Assembly (NCBI GenBank): GCA_038496445.1
Contig: JALMLS010000062.1
Coordinates: 434,001 to 498,000, forward strand
Source: Trichosphaerium sp. ATCC 40318
Lineage: Eukaryota > Protista > Tubulinea
Length of the DNA stretch: 64,000 nt
Reading direction: 5' to 3'
Below are positions 1 to 13,625 of the stretch, piece after piece; positions within the stretch are counted from its first letter, which is position 1; each line of letters opens with the position of its first letter. Under the pieces are notes generated by a model, which was given only the letters and a program-made list of their open reading frames with translations, had not been told where the DNA came from and made no database searches. Both the position numbers and the translations under genes were made by a program.

Positions 1-1670
1 GCGTTTATCATGTGAGCTCCTGCTTTAATGATACCACTTTCTTCATACTTTCTACCAACCTAAAAAACGAATCTAAGCAACAAAACAAAAAAGTGAAGAA
101 AAAAATCATCAATGCGTACCATGAATCCTGTAATATTATGCAAATATAATAAAGGTATGCCACGTCTATCACATAGTTGAATAAACTGAGCACCTTTATT
201 GGCACTTTCCTTGAAGAGGACCTAAAGAGGAAAACGACTTAACAAAAAATTCATTCGCACTTATTCGTTTTGAACGTACGCCATTGTTGGCAATAATGCC
301 AACCAAAAAACCATGTATTCTTGCCCAACAAGTAATGAGCGTTTTTCCATAATTTTCTTTAAACTGAGAGAACCGTGATCCATCTACAAGCCTTGCAATG
401 ACTTCTCTGATATCATATGGTTTTCTAGTATCAGCCATAGCAACACCAAGTAGTTCCTCTTTGTATGAAATCAGTATTTGATAAAAGAGCTAATAGTATA
501 AATTTATACCTGTAGGGTATACAGGTGGATCTTCTGGCTTGAAATGACGTGTAGGTAAGGCTGTCTTTTTTTTGTAGTTTAGAGAAGCTACTATTTCTCT
601 TGCAATGATTAAGGCATGTTCTTCGTCTTCGGCTAAGTAGTCGCTTACACCTGAGATCTTACTTTACAAAAAGTCAGCACAGAGGTCTTTTCCAACTAAA
701 TGAGGGATTACCTGTGCATAGCTGCACCGCCCAAAGATTCTGCGTCTGTAACTTCACCAGTTGCCATCTTAACAAGTGGTGGGCCACCCAAGAAAACCTT
801 TGCTTTATCCTTTACCATGACGACGTAATCAGACATACCAGGCGTGTAAGCACCACCAGCTACGCGCAAGAAGGTTAAGCCAATGCTAAAAAAATTTCTC
901 AAGTACCTGTGCTACTTCCAAAGACAACAGCAATTGTTGGGATACCTTGTCTAGATTTGTTTGTGAGCGTTTTGAAAGCACCGCCGAAAGTATGAAAAAC
1001 CTAGAACGTGTTAAGATCTAACGTCTCAATGCGATATAGTTACCTTCTCTTGTTCCCTTAGATCAGCGCCTGCAGACTCTACAAGCATAATCAAAGGCAA
1101 GCGGTTTTCTTCCGAAATGACACTACATCTTGCGCCTTTGATACCAGTTGTTTCGTTAATAGATCCTCCTCTATGGGGCGTTAAACAGACAAAATCTACC
1201 GAAAAAGCACGAAAAGTTTTCTAATTGTAAAAGTAGGCAGTGAACGTACTTTATTGTTGGTACGTTAGCTGTAATGATGCACTCTACTCCCGAAACGAGA
1301 CCAATACCAATAACACTTGTAACTTTCTGTTTACCGTATCCAGCAAGAGGCATGAGCTCCAAGAAGGGCGAATCTTCGTCTAGAATCATTTCTAGTAGTC
1401 GTGTTAATTTGTTTTGGTAAAAAAACGTCTATTACCTATCCTATCGCGCGCAAGTAGTTTTCCACGTTTGACGTGACGTTTTTGGTGTTTTTCATGTCCT
1501 TGGTACAAACCGTGCTCTTGTAATCTGCCGTTGAGTTGGTCCACAAGGCTTGTCATCTCTTTATAGTTTTCTGCATAGTCTTGGGTGCTTTTGTTAACCT
1601 TCGTTTCCCATACAGCCCAATTATCATCAATAGTAAACTGTGGACCTGACCCTAGAGCTATGTTGGCCAT
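1..1670 (-). CDS. Acyl-CoA carboxylase carboxyltransferase (beta) subunit, geranyl-CoA carboxylase AtuC / methylcrotonoyl-CoA carboxylase-beta family; multi-exon, 3' end outside window
   Basis: Spliced exons give [89 protein letters not shown]; GT-AG introns. Confidence 0.9.
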
Positions 1671-1744
1671 GTGTACTTAGTAAATGCGGAAGTGAACTAA
1701 TGTGTTAAGCCAGTTTCCTTAGTCTATCCCTACTGTAGTACACG
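1671..1744. promoter_or_regulatory. 74-bp head-to-head intergenic region (bidirectional promoter)
   Basis: Start codons of the carboxyltransferase (1670, -) and MutS (1745, +) face away from each other 74 bp apart. Confidence 0.6.
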
Positions 1745-4700
1745 ATGGCGTTGTTACGTTCACTGGCTGCTAGACGTCAATGGGTGACTCAAGCACACCC
1801 TACAAATTACAAAAAACGTTGGATACAAAAATCGCGTACTAGTAGCGTAATTAGGCGTTATTGTAGCGATACTGAGCTTCCACTCATTTCAAGTATTGTA
1901 CGCTTGTTAATGAAGCCAATCACGTCGATAACCATACGTTAGGATGAATTAGCGCGTTTAGGGCTTGTGACACCAGGGTAGACGCAAACTAAACTCAACG
2001 GAGCACTTACGCATTTTAGACTCAAACAATACCATGAAATGAAGAAAGCATACCCAAATTACTTGCTTTTGTTTCAATTAGGCGATTTCTATGAGATGTT
2101 CTTTGATGGTTCGTATATTAGGCTCCCTACGCGCCGAAAGCGTTTTTTGGACAAACAGAAGCGACAAAGAAAAAACTTTTAAACTAGTTTCAATGACAAA
2201 CTGACAAAAACCGCGCAGACGCTGTCAGAGGCGCAGAGATATTTGAAATAACGTTAACAAGAAAGAAAATGAAGAAAAAGGATACCCAAGGTGTCATTTC
2301 TATGTGTGGAATCCCATGCCATGCTATAGAATCATACTTGCATAAAATACTACGTCACGGCGTTTCGGTGCGTTTCATTAGTCACAATCCAAGAAAATTG
2401 CTATCAATCTAAACGCTTTTTTATTGCATCAAAAAAAAGTTGAAGATTTACGTCTATAGGTTGCTGTATGCGATCAAACGGAATCACCTGATACAAAAAG
2501 TAAGCGTGGGGGTCTTGTATTGAATAGAGAAGTATCTAGACTGTATGTGGCTATGCAACTCAACGCAAATTCTCATGTTGTTTTTTTTTGATTTCTGATC
2601 ATTTTGCTAGCTTGACACCTGGAACAATAACAGAAGAAAACTTGCTAAGTTCTAGCAAAAATAATTATTTAGCAGCCGTAGTAGCTCAAGGGAAGCAATA
2701 TGGTTTATCTTGGATGGATTTATCAACAGGAGAGATCAATGTTGCTACAGTACCAGGTGAGACACAAATATTTTGATTAAAACAAAGTCGATTAAATTTG
2801 GAGTTTATAGAGGAGCGATTACATGTAATGCTTGATACAATTTCCCCTCGTGAAGTACTTATTCCTAGTGACATAAATTCCGTTATTTCGAAAACTGGTA
2901 TAGCAGTACGTATAACAGGCTATTAACTTTTTGTTAACTCGGACATGTTAGGATATGACCATCACAGTTCAAGAGGCTGAACTATTTGATGCAGCAGCTG
3001 GTGTTCAGCACTGCGATAATTTATATGGAAGTACTAAAGAGTCTTCAGCAAGTACAATGTTAGAGCTCAAATCAATGGGGGCACTGTTCAGTTTTATTCA
3101 AACAACACAAAACGGTAAAGACATAGTTGTCGATGATAGTAGACTCAAAAAAAACTAATTACCAATAGGTATGATGCCAAAGGTGTCTAGAATAGGACGC
3201 CAAAATGATCAGTCGTCTATGCGTATAGATGTAGCTACTAGGAGGTCATTAGAGCTCGCTAAAACTGTTCAGAGTACATTCCAGCCATTGAACTTTGTTA
3301 TCTTCTCTTACTCTATTTCCAAGGTGATTCAACGGATAGAAGTGTCCTTGCATCTATTGATAGAACCTGTACTGGGTTCGGAGCAAGAATGCTAGCCTCT
3401 TGGTTAAGTACGTTAATATTTAGTTACATTGGTTTAAAAGAAGCTAACTAGATGCTATTAAGACGCACCTTTGACTGAAATACAGGAAATATACTCCAGG
3501 CTTGATGTAGTACAAATCTTTGTTGAAAATATAACTGTTGTTGATGATGTACGAACTTCATTTTTTTTATCTGAGTTCACTTGCTCACTCTTTTGTACCA
3601 GGTGAAGAACTTGCTCAAAAGGTGTTCTGACCTTCAGAGATGTGTTCAACGTATAGCATTGGGTAGAGGAACACCAAGAGAATTAAAGAATATCCGTGAT
3701 ACATTAGAAGTATTGACACCTCTTGAAACGTTGCTTCATGGTTTACATAAAAAACCAACAAGTAAGCTTGCCAGGAAACTAAGAGCGTACGGCATCAATT
3801 TTGATTGGTTTGTGTTTGTTGTTAAGATGATTACGTAGCCAGCACAAGGGCGCTAGCGCACTTGATACTTTATTGGGTGATCTTCAGCGAACTATTGTTG
3901 AGGATCCTCCAAGTACGGACCATTATTATTTTCGTTCTACCCTTCTAACATGATTTAGTTGTTGTAAAAGACGGAGGGTTTATAATGGAAGGATATGACG
4001 AGAATCTAGATAACCTCCGAGGACTTGCGACAAAGTACGATTACACCAATGACCTTTTTATTGACGAAAAAATAGAGGTGAAGCAAAGATGAAGTCACTA
4101 TTAGCTGTGTACAAGAATGCTATGGGTACTGATCACGTGAAAAGTCTATTACTAACATGTTGTGTGAAAGGAAACGGCATAAAGCTCAAGAATAGCCACT
4201 CTTATGGGTACTACTTGGAAGTACCTAATGAGTACACAAAACAAGCAGCTCAATCAAAGTCTCTTATCCACGTGCAAACACGAAAAGACGCCGTTGCTTA
4301 TAAGACCAAAGTACGATTATAAAGGTATATTTTCACGTTACTGATGCCCTCTAGGATATTGTTGATCTTGAAGGGCGCATTGCACGTTCAAAGGGTCAAG
4401 CAGCGAGTGCAGAGCAAGCGATCCTTCAAAAAGTATTGGAAGATGTACGATGCTTTTCTTCCTTTTTTAAGATAGCAAGTTAAGTTAATTTGTGGTTTAG
4501 GTTTTGAAGTACAGTGACGAACTCAAGCAAACTGCAGAAGCGTTAGCACAATTGGATGTATTCAGTTCTTTTGCTGTTATTGCTACAGAGAGAAATTATA
4601 CACGACCAACCCTAGACAACAGGTAGGTTGTTTGGTTTAACCAAAAGTTATCTGGTTTTTCTGTTATGTTGTAGCTGAAGCTTACTTTTGTACTAGTACC

Positions 4701-6780
4701 AAATTCTCTGTTAAAGGTGGGCGGCATGTAACTGTAGAGATGTATCAAAAGCAATTTGTTTTTGTTACAAATTCGTGTCACCTTGATAAAGAAAAGTTTT
4801 TATGGATAATCACCGGGTAACATTTGTTCTTGGCAAAAAAAACCATTCTCGATTACTTGTGACTCACTTGTTGTGATTTATCGTCATCCACTTGGTTGTG
4901 TGTATTTGGAATTGATATCTTATTAATTATTAGAGCAAACATGGGAGGAAAGAGTACGTTCTTGAGACAAAATGCATTGATAGCTATAATGGCACAAATC
5001 GGCTGTTATGTCCCCGCTGACTCTGCACATATTGGCATCATTGATGCCGTATTCAGTCGTGTAAGCAATTATCGCTACTTTCTACAACTGACGTATCATC
5101 CAAAAGGTCGGTGCTTCAGATGATTTAGCAAGAAATAGATCTACGTTTATGGTTGAAATGGAAGAAACAGCGAACATCCTTAAAAATGCAACAAACAAGT
5201 CTATGGTATCTCCACCTCTTCTTTGTCAAAAAAAGTGTTATTAACATCAGGTGCTTTGTTTTAGATTATCATAGATGAACTTGGTCGTGGTACAGCAACA
5301 AAAGATGGTCTTTCTATAGCTGCAGCTGTTGTTGAACATTTAAACAGCAGATTGAAGTCAAGGACTCTCTTCGCTACTCACTTTCATGAGTTAACGCTTG
5401 TTGATTTATCTCATGTTGATTCCTACCATCTAAGTGTAAAAGAGAAGGTACGTGCACTATTGTAGACGCTTACAACTAACGCCAATATCGTGTTCTTTTC
5501 TATGTGTTATTCTCATTTATTTCTAATTTTTTTCTTTTAGAACAACATGCCTGTATTCACTCACAAAGTGACGAAAGGACGTGCTTTACGTTCATATGGT
5601 ATCCAAGTAGCTAAAGTAGCAGGTAGGAATATTGAATCTAGTCTAATGAGTATACATTTGTGCTTATACTTCTAGGATTACCAGCAGAAGTTGTTGAAAG
5701 AGCTTATGAGATAAGCCAACAAATTTATGATAGTACGTCTTATTATTTTTTACGCGACTGTTACATTCTAACTCTAACTGCTAGCTGAAAATGCTGATCC
5801 TACTCCACCGCCTATAAACGATGGTAATGAGAATAAAAAATCTAATACTTCAAAGCAGAAGCATCCTGAAAAAAAGAAGAAAGAACAATATTCAAACAAA
5901 AAGACAAGACAACAGGATAGTGGTAACACACAATCTAATCAACAACAACAGAATCAACAAAACCATCAGCAATCTAATCGCCAAGGACAACAGCACAACC
6001 AGTCATCTCAAAGGCAGACACAGCAGTTTCAACCGCAACACAATCAACAACAATTTCAACCACCACAGAACCAACAGCCTCAAAGAACAAACCCTAAACA
6101 GTTTCAGCCTCAACATCAGCCTCAACAACCACAACAATGGGTGCCACCAGAGAGTAATGTACCAAGACAAAACAACCAACAACAGAACAATAATCCTCGT
6201 AGACCATTCAAGGCAACAAACGATAATACAAATGCTGAAGGAGTAGTTACATTGGATAGAAATCAGATGCCACCGCATTTATGGCAACAGATTAATCAAT
6301 ACCAACAACAGCAAAATCAACAACAGTCAAACCAACAAGTGAATCAAAACCTTAACCAATCGCCAACAATGCATCAAAAACAACAATTTTGGAAGTCTCA
6401 ACAACAAGAGCAACAAGAACTAAAGAATGATAACTCACAAAATCAGCAGGAACTTTGGCATCAAAATCAACAACCTCAAACAAAGCAAGTCTACCAACAA
6501 ATACATAATATTGATAATAAAAATGCAAACTATGGCCAACACCAAGGTCAACACCAAAACCAAAACCATGGCCAACACCAAGGCCAACACCAAGGCCAAC
6601 ACCAAAACCAAAACCAACAAAGTTCTATTAAAAAGAACAGACGAAGGAAACGTAGACTACTAGCGAGGAATGTTAAAGTACGTTAGTTGTAAACAAATGT
6701 CTTTTGGGTTTTTATGAAGTACTGTTTACTAATATTAAGCTTAGGGTACAGGTGCAACAAAAAACCACAACAAGGAGTGA
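1745..6780 (+). CDS. MSH1: MutS DNA mismatch repair protein, MSH1/MutS1-like, probable mitochondrial presequence, about 25 introns, long Q/N-rich C-terminal tail
   Basis: [107 protein letters not shown]; Arg-rich, acid-poor N-terminus. Stop at 6686 if the last intron (about 6678-6744) is retained. Confidence 0.88.
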
Positions 6781-7011
6781 ATAAAAAGAGAACAAAAAAA
6801 GATGTAAAATAATGACAATAAAAAAAAAGAAAAAAGAAAGAAAAAAAATTGTCTCTATTTTGGTGGCTTTAAGAAGCAGTGGTTGCTCGCAAATGCAGAC
6901 GATTTTCTCGCTTAAATGTAACGTTTTAAAACGTGACGACATTCAAGAGTAAAATTATGACTTAATTCTGAAACGACATCGTGAAGATATTTATTGTTTA
7001 CCACTTGTTTG

Positions 7012-7763
7012 TTACTGATTGGCCGTAGAAAACAATGCATTACGCTTTGATACACTACTACGTTGAACTGGCACACAAACATTTGGGTCTATTGGTTCAG
7101 GTGGTTCTGGAAAGTTTATGACAACATTAAACTCTGGAACATCAATAGTAGGTAAGAGCACCCTAGAAAAAAAAGCTGTTACCAACGCAGAATACAGTAC
7201 ACAGAGCTAAAAATAAAAAAAACCTCTTACTCAAGTAAATTTGTGCCAGCATCAAGTTCTACAGTATCAGTTGGAGATATAAGGGTTGATCCTAACGGAA
7301 TAATAGAGTTAACATTGTTGACTTCTTTTTTTGTTTTAACACGTGATTTAATTATACCTTCTATGCCTGGATTGTCAAAAAGACATAGTAATATTGTAGG
7401 AGAAAGGCTAGCACCTTCAGAAACAACCCTAATATCAATACCTGTAGAATCAATATCAATTGTAAAGATTCTACTTTGCCCTGGATCAAGCGGTTCTATC
7501 CAAGTATACTCGACTGGGGTAGCAGAATCTGGCGAATCAGCATCTAGCACAACGAAGTTTGGGAAGCTGGGGCCCGCAGTATCGCTTTCAAACAAATTTG
7601 TCCCTCCTCCAATGAGCACGCAATTACCGGTATCACCTTCGCCTGTAATACATGTATTTAGGGGTTTTAACTTGTTCATAGTATAAAACAAATACGTACT
7701 AATTTGAGCGGCTATTGGAAGTGCTGCAAAAATACAAAATAGAAGTACAAGTACGAGGTGCAT
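7012..7763 (-). CDS. Secreted protein of unknown function (about 2 introns)
   Basis: Hydrophobic signal peptide MHLVLVLLFCIFAALPIAA; a GT-AG intron near 7165-7230 extends the ORF to a TAA at 7012. Confidence 0.6.
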
Positions 7764-8761
7764 TCTTTGTGTTTTAAATCAAAATACGAGATTTATTAAG
7801 CACAAAACAAAACCGTCTTTCTATGATGAAATGTGTAATGGTTGCTAATACTACCAATTTCTATATTGTACTTTATGCCCTTCCGTTATGAATGAATAAT
7901 ACGAATATTCAAATACAGCCAGTATTCACTAGTATTCATGAGTAAACAATTCATTATTCATACCTATTTTGCCGTTGAGAAGTTTGCGAGTTGATGGGTT
8001 GATTCTTAAGCCCAAAAAATCCCACATACAACTTTGATAGTATTCGTGGTTGTTAACAAACCAGCAAAAATTTCTCTAAGGTAGACAATCTGGCAATACT
8101 ACGCACATAAAGTGGTGCCGGCAAGTTTCTATGGTTTTACGAGCACGTGACAAATATCGCTTTTTTGCCAAGCGTCAAGATTTGTTAGTGACCGGTTTCC
8201 AGTACTACTAGCAGTGTAAAAACAATAATTAAGTGTTTGTTGTTGGAAATCAAGTGCGTATGCTCTAGACGGCTATCAATGGGAATGGGCTATAATGAGC
8301 TAACCAATTTTTTTGGGTCACAATTGTCATCGAGACCATTAAAGCGTGTAATTCCATAAACAAGATTCGCCGTACTGTAAACTATCAGCTGTATGTAAAC
8401 ACAAAGACTATAAAAACAGTATTAAGAAACTGCATTGAACTGGTAAGTTGCCACAGAACTCGCAAAATAGTTCTCTGCGTCGTAGTCAGACACAGTTGAT
8501 TTCGCTAGCATGTTTCCAAAAATCCTTGATTTTTGGTGGAAGGATTGCGTTAACGATTGCGGCAGTATTTTATTATCAGTACTAGGCAGATCGTCTATTC
8601 AAGGTCCACACTTCACAGCTCATGCGAACTGTCAACTGTTACTTAGTATTACCATTTTTTGTAGCTGTTGTTTTTTGTTGTTGTTTGGTGCAACCACAAG
8701 CTTTATTTAAGGCTCTTTCAAAAGCTTATACTTGGTTTCTTGGTTGTCCATTATCACACCA

Positions 8762-8981
8762 TTAGTTACATCCGCCTTGTCTACTATCATACCACATACA
8801 TACTTTCTTAATTTGACCATTTTCATACCATACCTTAGACTGACCATGTAGTTTACCATCGACCCTTGAGTTGTCCTCTTTCATACCATAACATAACCTC
8901 ACCATTTCGATTATTAGCAACATTGCCTGTTTATCGTTACCACATACTTTGTACCTTAAGTTGTCCACTGTTTGCCCATTA
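8762..8981 (-). pseudogene. MORN-variant (YwqK-like) repeat gene remnant
   Basis: GKLHGQSKVWYENGQIKKVC matches repeats of the intact 61414-62094 gene; no proper start. Confidence 0.65.
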
Positions 8982-9114
8982 ACTTGTAAATGTTGATGAC
9001 ATTGAAATTCGGTATTGTAAGAAGGTGACAAACCAATGCATAAAAGACCTAAAAGCCTTGCAGAAATCTAAAATATTGTATGTGCCCTAAGTTTCGGCAG
9101 ACTTCAATCCAATC
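8982..9114 (+). repeat. Duplicated 3' fragment of the F-box/LRR gene at 22532-23824
   Basis: 8982-9077 is identical (96 nt) to the reverse complement of 22548-22643 (LVNVDDIEIRYCKKVTNQCIKDLKALQKSKI); similarity continues into the 3' flank. Confidence 0.9.
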
Positions 9115-9414
9115 ATCATACCACTACAAGCAAACAATAAATACTAAATCATTTCTTTGGTGTGTTTTTTGTAAGGAAATACTATTAATCATGCTGCTGT
9201 TTGAGAAAACAGTTTTACCCTTTCTTGTGGAAACGCTTTCTTTTTATCTAACACGTGATAGGGTATGTACTTGTTTTGTGTACTACTGCAAATACTTTGT
9301 CAGTACTTCGTTATAAAGGCCAGCTAAAGTCAGAGTTGTTCTGTATTCTTCATGAGACAAAAGCTAAGTTGTCTAACCAGAAGTTCATAGTTTAAAAGAG
9401 TGTTTATTTGTGAC

Positions 9415-10752
9415 TTAACAAGCTTTATTCCAGAAAGAGTCCTTACATAAAGGCTCATTAAGGCGACATAAAGGGTTATTAAAGCAAAATGTTGTGCAAA
9501 AGCCTTTTATACAATTTGAAGCAAATACACATGGTGTGCGTTTTAAGATTTTAAAGCAATCGCGTTGGCTTCGGCATCGTATTTTACCAGGATTTTTAGG
9601 AGGTTTTGTCGGTGGTGGTTTAGTAGTAGGTGGAGGAACAATACTAGGGTTTGGAAATAATGCCATGTCGAAAATTCCAACTGCAGGTCCATTATCCACT
9701 ACGTCTGTGAACTCGAATGATGTGGTATTGAATAATATTACTGATGTATTCATACAAACAAGTAGAAGGGTTTCTCTGTCCAATGTGGTCATGCCTACAA
9801 TAGATATAAATACACTCAAACACAAAGGTGCGAATAAGATTACCAATAGGTACTGAACAAAACGCTGGCATTGCAGTAGTTCTTAGAGTCTCACAATTGT
9901 CTGTGATAGTGACTTGAGGAATTGAAGCTTCTATGATCATGCCAGAGGGTCCCGCAAAGTAAAGCTTATCACCAATAACCGCAGCTAACAATAAAACAGT
10001 AAGTTATCACATTGTTGATGTAAGTGTACCGTGTTGGTGGTCTGGACTGCCTGTTACTATGTCTGGACATCTTGTCGTAATCTCACATGTATCTACATTT
10101 AATTCTGCAAGTCCGCTGACCTCGAAACTTGACGTAATTTCACCCCACATGTACAACTTGCCAGTGTGTGGATCAACGCTCATAGAAGAATAGCTCGCTA
10201 CGTCACATTCTTTCAACTACAATACATAGTTAGTTCTAAATCTAGTGATCAGAATGCTATGACTTTTGGAATCTCGTGGGAAGCTGTTGTGAGGCGTAAT
10301 GATAGCAATACTATCCCACGTGTTTTGGTGGGGTCTATTGTACCTTGTTACAGTTTCTGTCATATATAAAGGTGGGCATACTTGTGCCTGTGGAAGGAAT
10401 ACCGAAGGTTGTAGGTCCACGAGAAAGTACAATTCGTTCATCATCTAGAACGCCAATACCAACTGTATCATATCCAAACTCTGTCGTGATATTTACGCAC
10501 TCTAGTGCAAAGTTAGTACAAGGTCATTAAGTGAGGAAACAACTTTGTTACGCTGAAGTAGAAAAAGTGTCAATCTTTCGATTGGTACTTACCACCAAGG
10601 ACTTCATTTGGGTTAGTTCTGCTCAAGAAACGAATGCCCGTTGTAGGCCCATCGCGAAAATCGACGACATAGCTTTCGAAGCTATCTGGGACCAAAGCAA
10701 TAGATATCGCAAAGTAAAGAGTCAAAACAAAGCTCAAGTGATGTGCTTTCAT
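9415..10752 (-). CDS. Secreted protein: beta-rich domain, Pro/Thr linker, Cys-rich C-terminal module; multi-exon
   Basis: Signal peptide MKAHHLSFVLTLYFAISIA; spliced exons; PPPTTKPPPTKPP linker; C-terminus with about 7 Cys. Confidence 0.65.
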
Positions 10753-11127
10753 TCTTGTTGTATTTTTTTGAAAGTTAAGTATCTTTTTTCTCAAAAAGGT
10801 CAATCACGTTTTTTCTCGAACGACACGATATTGTCATTTTTCACATTGATTAAACGTCTGAATTCTATTATGTGGTAGTGTTTATGGCTGCTTCGCACTA
10901 GAATTCGCGAAACTGCTCTCATTTTGGCACGTTTTCGTGTAAACCGTGTTTTACCTTTAGTTCTTATCTTCTCAGTTATTGATTGTCACAAGACTAGCAC
11001 ACGCTTCGGGTGTACGTGTTAAGGTGTAACAAAGTGCTAACGAGTGTAAAACAGGATATATAAGGGAAAATTCGTGACTTTCTACGTGAAAAGACGAGAC
11101 GTAAATCGTATTTTTTTATTTTATTTT

Positions 11128-13625
11128 TTACACGTCTAGAATACTTCTCCAATCATCGTCTGAATCAAAATTAGCCTCGGTAGGGTAAAGGTGGACAACT
11201 TGATCGAGAAAAATATTATCGGGATTAAACTCGTCAAGTGGATCTACAGACAACGGTGATGGACTTTCTGTTTGACTTTCGTGTCCAAGGAACATCGGTT
11301 CGCCAAGTTCTGGTTGTGGCGGAGCACTTGCACTCATATTTGTCCTTATATTGGTAAGAGTACAATGGGTAAAAGACAAACAAGGCTATCGTACATTTTG
11401 CCAAACGGCATTGTAAGTTGTATTAAATCCTGTATTATCTGTTTAAAAGGACTTACATCTAGTCTATTCTTTTCTGCTTCTGTGTATGCAAAGCTATTGA
11501 AGATTGTTAAAAGTTACGTATATATAAAACCGGCGCACATTATGAACACAGTCACCGGTTTATAAAATTCAGACAAATCTAATAAGCCCTGAAACGCCTT
11601 AAAAAATAGTCAGAGGTCAATGTAATAATGGATTCTGGAAGGTTTGAGGAACACCGCTTATTTCTCAAGTAGAAAAATGATTTTCTCAAGAAAATCCGAT
11701 GCTGGTTTCAAGTAACTTCCAGAACATCTTGTAATCTTACTTCTTGAAATAGAATATCGTCTCTGCATCTTATAGCAAAATAACAGCAACCATAAATAAT
11801 GTATATACTCATCGGCACATATTTCATAGTTGGGTAATCCTTGTACTTACGCCAACAATCCCATGCTATCTAAGAAAAAAGTAAGAATACTCAATTTTTC
11901 AAATCGCTAAGGACGCTTAACATGAGTTTATGCGTACTGTTCTTGCTATCTTCTCATCATAAGCGCTTAAAGTTACCAGTGCTCTTACTACTGATACCAT
12001 TATTGTTAAGAAGACCTTGTTAATATGGGAAGTTTCAATATCATTCACCAATTTTGATACATTTTCTAGTGTTGCCAAGTATACTGAAAACTCGGAAGGT
12101 TTCTATTTTAAAACATAGATTAGTGATCTATTTTAAATATAGTGCAATGATGTACCAGGTGAACGTCTCCAGCATCCTTGAACCAAGGCATTCGTGCGAA
12201 AGAGAAAAATATCTAACGATATGATTAAAAAGTGCTAGAAGAGTTCGCTGGTTTTACTTACTGTACATGCTGTTGCCCATATCTGTTGTATGAGCTCAGG
12301 TTCTTTCAGTTCTCCATCTGTTTTTCTTTCTTGTGTCATTTTTCTGGTATTCAAGTGCTCCAAGACAACATTATGTTCGTTAACAATAGTTTTTCTGTCA
12401 AAAAAAAAAGTTACTTTTGGCTACGAAGTTCTATGTTCAGGATTACCTGTCTGCCGCTAAAACCTCGACTTTATGACGTTTAATAACTCTTTGTATTAGT
12501 TTCAATCGCCATAAATCAGGTGAGTTTCTAAAAAACCTATCACGGAGAAGGTGTTTGGCCATTGCTACAAAAACCCTCAATAATTTAATTAATTTTCCAC
12601 AAGGTCTTGGCTTACATGACGCTATATCCATCAAGAATAGACCTTGGTGAGTGTCACCCATTGTTGTTTCGTAAAAGCTCAAGCTATATGCGCTACCTAA
12701 TTTATATTAATCCTCAGCAAGTCAAGAAAATCGAGAGTGTTTAAAAGGAACTCACTAGCAACCATTACGTTTTTGGTATCAAATAAATTTCTTAGTATTT
12801 GTCTAGCCATATCATAAAATGTCTTAGCATGTCCATTGAATCCTCTCAATTTTGCTCCCCACACCATACACGATAATACTTCCAACATACATGGGTCGAC
12901 AAGCCAGACTAAAGTAAAAAATTACCTAAAAATAAAAAAAAGTCCACAAAAAGTTTAAAAAACTTGAAATGGATGTCGTCATAACCACATACTTGTGTTT
13001 GTCTTAAAACTATCTAGAACACGATGAGGGGTCCAAGAAACAGTGATTTCCCCCTTTGATATTGTTTAGCATTTGATGACGTGATTTTGTTGCTAGTATT
13101 CTTGCGTACATTCCAAGGACTAAAACACTCTCGGTAGATATTAAGGTAGTTGGTTATAGATGATATTAGTCCGAAACGAACAGCCAGACTCCATATAGTT
13201 GCCTAAATAATCTGTTAAAATTCTTGAGCAAAAAATGCATGTAAGCCACGTGATTATTTTCATCGATATTATTGGCTTACGCTGGACGCTGTGGTGCTCT
13301 CATAAAGGCTTTTCCATTGCTTTGCCATTTTAGTTTGTTGTTCAAGCTCTAACCTCGTCTCTTCAAGTTCTCGTACAAGTTTACTGCGTCTCCCTTGTTT
13401 AACATATAAATTAAAGTACATTTAGAGTTCTGGTACTTTACCTTCAATAGGTCCCCTTTTTTGACGTTGTTTATACTCACACACGTCTCCACGTTTGATA
13501 CAACGTGAGCAAGGGTTTTTACCATCGCATTTAGAGTGCGCGGTGCGACATCTCTCACATGCATGTTTCGATACGTTATTGCTTACCTTACGCCGTCTCT
13601 TCTTAGGGCGCATTTGTTGTGACAT
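11128..13625 (-). CDS. Zn(II)2Cys6 (GAL4-type) transcription factor, multi-exon
   Basis: ACERCRTAHSKCDGKNPCSRCIKRGDVCEY fits CxxCx6Cx5CxxCx6C; NLS-like PKKRRRKV; acidic C-terminus (FDSDDDWRSILDV). Confidence 0.88.

Noticed and set aside
5821-6663. Overlapping ORFs 5821-6246, 6003-6278, 6427-6663, 6435-6620
   Set aside because: Shadow frames of the CAA-rich low-complexity MutS tail.
7887-7962. Imperfect GAATA/TATTC inverted repeat as a MITE
   Set aside because: AT-rich, imperfect arms, no target-site duplication or second copy.
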